From an uncultured Candidatus Rokubacteria bacterium (lineage in GTDB: Bacteria; Methylomirabilota; Methylomirabilia; Rokubacteriales; CSP1-6), in the NCBI GenBank assembly GCA_963754315.1, contig CAVWFS010000019.1, forward strand, positions 96,001 through 160,000: DNA of 64,000 nt, in the 5' to 3' direction. This document shows, piece by piece, positions 60,262 through 64,000 of this stretch. The notes beneath the pieces are model-generated. The model worked only from the letters and a program-made list of their open reading frames with translations. It made no database searches and was not told where the DNA came from. A program made the translations under genes and the position numbers. The number at the start of each line of letters is the position of its first letter. The first letter of the stretch is position 1.

Positions 60262-61017
60262 CTACCTGAGCTCGAAGGCGACAGTGGCCGTGGCCCGAGG
60301 CGCGATGGCCACCTCTTTCGTGATGGTGTGTGGTTCCTCGTAGACGAGCCGTCCCGTCCGGTCGATGCCCCGACGCCGGAAGCCCTGGTGCCACATGGTC
60401 ACCCGGTACGCCCCGGGGGGAATGTCCTCGATCCGGAAGGCCCCGCGCGCATCCGTCACCGCCACGTATGGGTTGTCGTGAACGACCATCCACGCGCTCA
60501 TGTGGGGATCACGCTCCGCGAGAATCCGGATCACACCTGGTTTGGTGAGCCGCCGGGTGATATCGACCTCCTGTTCCTTGCCCGGAATGGCGACGTGAAA
60601 GACCGTCGTGTTCCCTTGCACACCCCGCGCGCTATGGACGATGAGGTCGGCGTTCCGTACGCGTGCTCGCGCGCCGGCCATGGTCGCCATCACGGGCGGC
60701 GCAAAGGCGCACTGCCGACTCTCGAGCACCACCTCCAGCTGACTCTTCTTCCCGCGCGTCACCCCGTGCACGAGGATCACGCCACCGGCCACACTGCGGT
60801 CGGGCCCCAGCCGAAGCGACTCCGTTGGCTGACGGTCGGCGCACCCGTCTCTATTCGTGGACTGCGCGGCGGGCACAACCGGCTTTCCGGTGAAGTGCAC
60901 CACACCGGTCAGGGTTCCGCCGTCGGGCACGGGTCCCTCGATGTAGGCCAGGGCGGGCCGTGGGTCACCCACGAGCAGGGCGATCGTGAGGATGCCGACA
61001 CCGACGACGCCGATCAG
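60262..61017 (-). CDS. Exported cupredoxin-like / carboxypeptidase-regulatory-like domain protein; start uncertain (CTG 61017?)
   Basis: Signal peptide ending ALA-Y; GGTLTGVVHF, QCAFAP and NPYVAVTDARGAFRIEDIPPGAY.VTMWH motifs. Confidence 0.7.
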   Translation of the reverse strand: MIGVVGVGILTIALLVGDPRPALAYIEGPVPDGGTLTGVVHFTGKPVVPAAQSTNRDGCADRQPTESLRLGPDRSVAGGVILVHGVTRGKKSQLEVVLESRQCAFAPPVMATMAGARARVRNADLIVHSARGVQGNTTVFHVAIPGKEQEVDITRRLTKPGVIRILAERDPHMSAWMVVHDNPYVAVTDARGAFRIEDIPPGAYRVTMWHQGFRRRGIDRTGRLVYEEPHTITKEVAIAPRATATVAFELR

Positions 61018-61397
61018 GGCTCCGGATTGAGGAGTCGTTCGAAGGCCAGCCAAAGACTCCGACTGTAGCGGAAGAACCACAGCGGAAAGAGCACGACGAA
61101 GGGCAGCCAGACCCACAACTGCCTGGCCGGGGAAATATCGGCGACGCGCCAAAGGGCGAGGGCGCCGATCAAGGCGATGACAACGGTCACGGCGTAGCTC
61201 AGGTAGATGGCTCCGATCCAGTACCCCTGAGCGCGCTCGAATCTCAGCCCGCACAGGGGGCACGAAGGAGTCATCACGAACCATCCCCGGAGGCCACGAT
61301 GCGGAAAGAGCAGGGTCACTCCGCAGCGCGGGCAGCGTAGAGTCAGGGCACGCCGGAAGACGTCGACCACCCGCATGCCCGCCGCCTCCGCCGTCAT
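61014..61397 (-). CDS. DUF983 family membrane protein
   Basis: LRCPRCG...CPLCGLRFER, then two TMs. Confidence 0.8.
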   Translation of the reverse strand: MTAEAAGMRVVDVFRRALTLRCPRCGVTLLFPHRGLRGWFVMTPSCPLCGLRFERAQGYWIGAIYLSYAVTVVIALIGALALWRVADISPARQLWVWLPFVVLFPLWFFRYSRSLWLAFERLLNPEP

Positions 61398-61423
61398 CCC
61401 TCACAGCCATCGGCTCGGTGGCC

Positions 61424-61795
61424 TCAGGGCTTGGCCGGAGCCGTGGCGGCCGGAGCCGGCTTCCTCTTTTCGGTCTGTTTGATGATGGCGAACGAGTCCG
61501 GCAGGATGACAAAGATCAAGAGGATGGCGATGGCCAGGGGCGTCACCGCGATCACCCCCAAGGTGCGAGCTTCGAAGCGAAGGTGCATGAAGTACGCGGC
61601 CACCAGCGCGGCCTTGGCCAGTGCCATGGCCCCCAGAAGCACGTTGATGGTCATCCGCGGCATGGGCATGAAGATCACGCCAACCTCGAGCACGGTGAGG
61701 ATGGCCAGGATCCAGAAGATCATCATGTAGTTGGGATGCTGGTGCGTACGCCCGTGGTGGGCGGTGGCTGGCGCGGCAGGCGCGGGAGCCGCCAT
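61424..61795 (-). CDS. ctaF: Cytochrome c oxidase subunit IV
   Basis: Y..IF..LAILTVLEV and KAALVAAYFMHLRFE motifs. Confidence 0.9.
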   Translation of the reverse strand: MAAPAPAAPATAHHGRTHQHPNYMMIFWILAILTVLEVGVIFMPMPRMTINVLLGAMALAKAALVAAYFMHLRFEARTLGVIAVTPLAIAILLIFVILPDSFAIIKQTEKRKPAPAATAPAKP

Positions 61796-61807
61796 CGCAT
61801 CTCCTCC

Positions 61808-62426
61808 TTAGAGCAGGTACATCAAGGTGAAGACCATGATCCAGACGAGATCGACGAAATGCCAGTAGAGTCCGGTGATCTCGACCACGTTGTAGCTCGC
61901 CGCCGGCTCGAGGCGGCGGGCCACCACCCGCATGGTCGCCACGAGGTAGATGACGCCTGCCGTGACGTGCAGTCCGTGAAACCCGGTGATGAGATAGAAC
62001 GTCGTCCCGAAGAGAGCAGCCCCCCAGGGGTTGCCGTCGATATGGAGCCCGGCGGTGAATGAGGTGTCCCCACTCGTAGGCCTGGCAGGCCACGAAAATG
62101 GCCCCGCCCAGCGCCGTGAGAAACAGGAAGATCTGGCATCGATTTCGGTCGCCCTTGCTGAGCCATTCAAGCGCCTTGACCATTGTCACGCTCGAGCAGA
62201 TGAGCAAGAACGTCATGGCCGCCGTGAGGTTGATCCCCAGCACCTCGAAGGGGATGGGCCAATCCGCACTGGTAGCGCGAGCAGCTCCGTAGGCGGCGAG
62301 GAGCGTCCCGAAACCGACGGCGTCCCCTATGAGGAACGCCCACATGCCGAGCTTGCCCCAGCTCTCCGGGGTCAGCGGAGACTCGGCTGGTTCAACCGTC
62401 GGATGCACTGCGGCCACCTGACTCAT
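61808..62426 (-). CDS. ctaE: Cytochrome c oxidase subunit III-like protein; +1 frameshift near 62055
   Basis: KLGMWAFL, TFLLICSSVTM and QAYEW; removing one C joins FYLITGFHGLHV...GLYWHFVDLVW. Confidence 0.88.
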
Positions 62427-62716
62427 GTCGTCTCCTTGTCGAGCCCTGATGATGGAAGTCGCGATGATTCGAAGTGAGCCACCGGTTCCCCCGGTACCGA
62501 GCCATGCGGGGCCCGGGGCGTACGCTGGAGGCCTCCCCGGTTCAACCAGAGCACCGCGGCGATGGTCGATCCAATCACGAAGGGCGCCACCAGAAGACCC
62601 AGATATGGCCAGTTGAACGTCCGGTCACCAAAGGGTGACGATACACACCAGGTACAGGCCCACGCCGCCGAGGGAACCAAGGGCGCCAGCAGCACGACGG
62701 GAAGGCCGCCTCTCAC
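62423..62716 (-). CDS. Small membrane protein with CxxC right after the signal peptide
   Basis: GTG overlaps the upstream stop; SAAWA-CTWC, then a TM segment; ends overlapping the next ATG. Confidence 0.65.
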   Translation of the reverse strand: MRGGLPVVLLAPLVPSAAWACTWCVSSPFGDRTFNWPYLGLLVAPFVIGSTIAAVLWLNRGGLQRTPRAPHGSVPGEPVAHFESSRLPSSGLDKETT

Positions 62717-63387
62717 AGCAGGTAGACCGCCACGAAGAGGATCGGCCACAAGCCCACCACGAAGTGCCAATACAGCACGCACCCGCGGACGGCCGTCCCG
62801 CGCTCACGCGAGACCCGCCCCGCCATCGCCAAACCCAGGAGCGCCAGCAACCAGACGAGCGCACCCGCCACGTGCAGGGCGTGGGTGCCGATGAGCGTGT
62901 AGAACGTCGTCCCGTACGTGCTCGATGACATCGTGAGCCCGAAGTGGACGAGCTGCACCCACTCGTATCCTTGCACCGCGAGGAAGATGCCGCCGAGGAT
63001 GGCGGCCACAGTGAGCCACCGCACCAGCCGCCGTCGATCGTCCCGTGCGAGTGCTCGCCCGGCGGTCATCATGGCCAGGCTCGAGAACAGAAGGACCACG
63101 GTGTTGGCGGTGGTCACGCCGACGGGCAGCCTCGGTTGAAGCGGCGGAGGCCAGACCGGCATGCCGAGTCGCAGGATGAAGAGGGCGGAGATGAGCGCAG
63201 CGAAGAACATCGACTCAGCCCCCATGAAGAACAGGAGGGCTACTCGGAGGTTGTCGAGTGGGCGACGAGGAGAGGGATCTGGACCCTCATCGTCGCCACC
63301 AGGTGGTGGCAAGGGTGGGCGCGCATGACCATTGGTGCGGCGCAGATCAGGAAGGCGAGGCGGCGCTTCAACCAGTCCAGCAGCCAT
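62713..63387 (-). CDS. ctaE: Cytochrome c oxidase subunit III-like protein
   Basis: ESMFFAAL, NTVVLLFSS, QGYEW, FYTLIGTHALHV and LYWHFV motifs. Confidence 0.9.
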   Translation of the reverse strand: MAAGLVEAPPRLPDLRRTNGHARPPLPPPGGDDEGPDPSPRRPLDNLRVALLFFMGAESMFFAALISALFILRLGMPVWPPPLQPRLPVGVTTANTVVLLFSSLAMMTAGRALARDDRRRLVRWLTVAAILGGIFLAVQGYEWVQLVHFGLTMSSSTYGTTFYTLIGTHALHVAGALVWLLALLGLAMAGRVSRERGTAVRGCVLYWHFVVGLWPILFVAVYLL

Positions 63388-63389
63388 CG

Positions 63390-63525
63390 CTACCAGCGGA
63401 TTCCAACGAGGAGGGTGACGAGGGCCAAGGCGAACAGGATCCCGAGAAGCACGCGTGCCGTCCGGCGGTTACGCTCGCGCGAGGTCCTCGTGTCGTCCGT
63501 CGATCAGATGGGACTTGGGGGCCAT
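63390..63525 (-). CDS. ~44-aa single-TM protein (CoxF-like) between ctaB and ctaE; +1 frameshift near 63478
   Basis: Removing one base gives MAPKSHLIDGRHEDLAERNRRTARVLLGILFALALVTLLVGIRW*, which exactly fills the intergenic gap. Confidence 0.6.
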
Positions 63526-63530
63526 CGCGC

Positions 63531-64000
63531 TCACACCTTGTCGTAGGCCAACAGGGCGAGAAGGGCCGGGAGATATAGAAATGACGCGAGCATCACCCGC
63601 CGCGCCGCCTCTCTGGAGGGAGCAAGCGCGTGCCGCGCACCCAGCGCCGTGAAGCCGACACCAAGCAGGAGCGCGCCGAGGAAATAGACCGGCCCCGCCA
63701 TTCCGACCAGGGTCGGGAGCAAGCTCACCGCCAGGAGGGAGAGGCAACCCATCACGATCTGCCGCTCGGTGCTGCGACCGTCGGCGTCGACCACGGGAAG
63801 CACCCGAATGCCCGCGCGCGCGTAGTCATCGCGGTACACCCGCGCGATGGCCAAGGTATGGGGGAGCTGCCAGAGAAACACGATGCCGAAGAGGATCCAG
63901 GCTCCCAGGCTGAGCTCGTCACGGGCGGCCGCCCAGCCCGTGAGAGGCGGCGCCGCCCCGGGGAAGGCGCCCACGATCGTGCACAGCGCCGTCTTCAGCT
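63531..64000 (-). CDS. ctaB: Protoheme IX farnesyltransferase (heme o synthase), 5'-truncated by the window edge
   Basis: VGAFPGAAPPLTGWAA, FLWQLPH and DDYARAGIRVLPVV motifs. Confidence 0.93.
   Translation of the reverse strand, partial: LKTALCTIVGAFPGAAPPLTGWAAARDELSLGAWILFGIVFLWQLPHTLAIARVYRDDYARAGIRVLPVVDADGRSTERQIVMGCLSLLAVSLLPTLVGMAGPVYFLGALLLGVGFTALGARHALAPSREAARRVMLASFLYLPALLALLAYDKV

Noticed and set aside
62040..62070. Programmed frameshifting or phase variation in ctaE and other split genes
   Set aside because: No slippery heptamers or long homopolymer tracts; scattered single indels fit sequencing error.

Overview
GC-rich bacterial chromosome segment. Gene content and the style of the intergenic hairpin repeats suggest Rokubacteria/Methylomirabilota (inference only). 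Positions 1-38.8 kb hold a large surface-glycan region: wcaJ-type priming transferase, many GT4/GT2 enzymes, wzm, gmd, fcl, an rmd-like reductase, an epimerase, coiled-coil methyltransferases, four GT-C-like membrane proteins and a polyprenol-phosphate GT2. A dpp-type ABC locus interrupts this region. Several glycan genes are internally collapsed: a wzt remnant, a murJ::GT4 chimera and a methyltransferase lacking its core. Positions 38.8-55 kb hold MlrC, DUF1054, a TPMT-like methyltransferase, a ParB-domain protein, an ECF sigma/anti-sigma pair, a solo Cas4-like nuclease, a liv ABC transporter, squalene synthase, an M23 peptidase and PAC2. Positions 55-64 kb are the 3' half of a heme-copper (cytochrome c) oxidase operon, followed on the same strand by the best candidate for an undescribed system. 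That module comprises a USP-USP-PCP_red-rubredoxin-PCP_red-PCP_red protein, an AhbD/NirJ-like radical SAM-SPASM enzyme with a C-terminal PCP_red domain, a membrane protein and an Mrp-like ATPase lacking its CxxC motif. Also notable are two REP-like hairpin arrays ending 5 nt before ATG-AAR-CGN-TAC starts, and several apparently leaderless promoters. About a dozen single-base indels, including one in oxidase subunit III, probably reflect sequencing/assembly error. No tRNA, rRNA, CRISPR array or transposase was seen. All family assignments come from motif recognition, not database searches.
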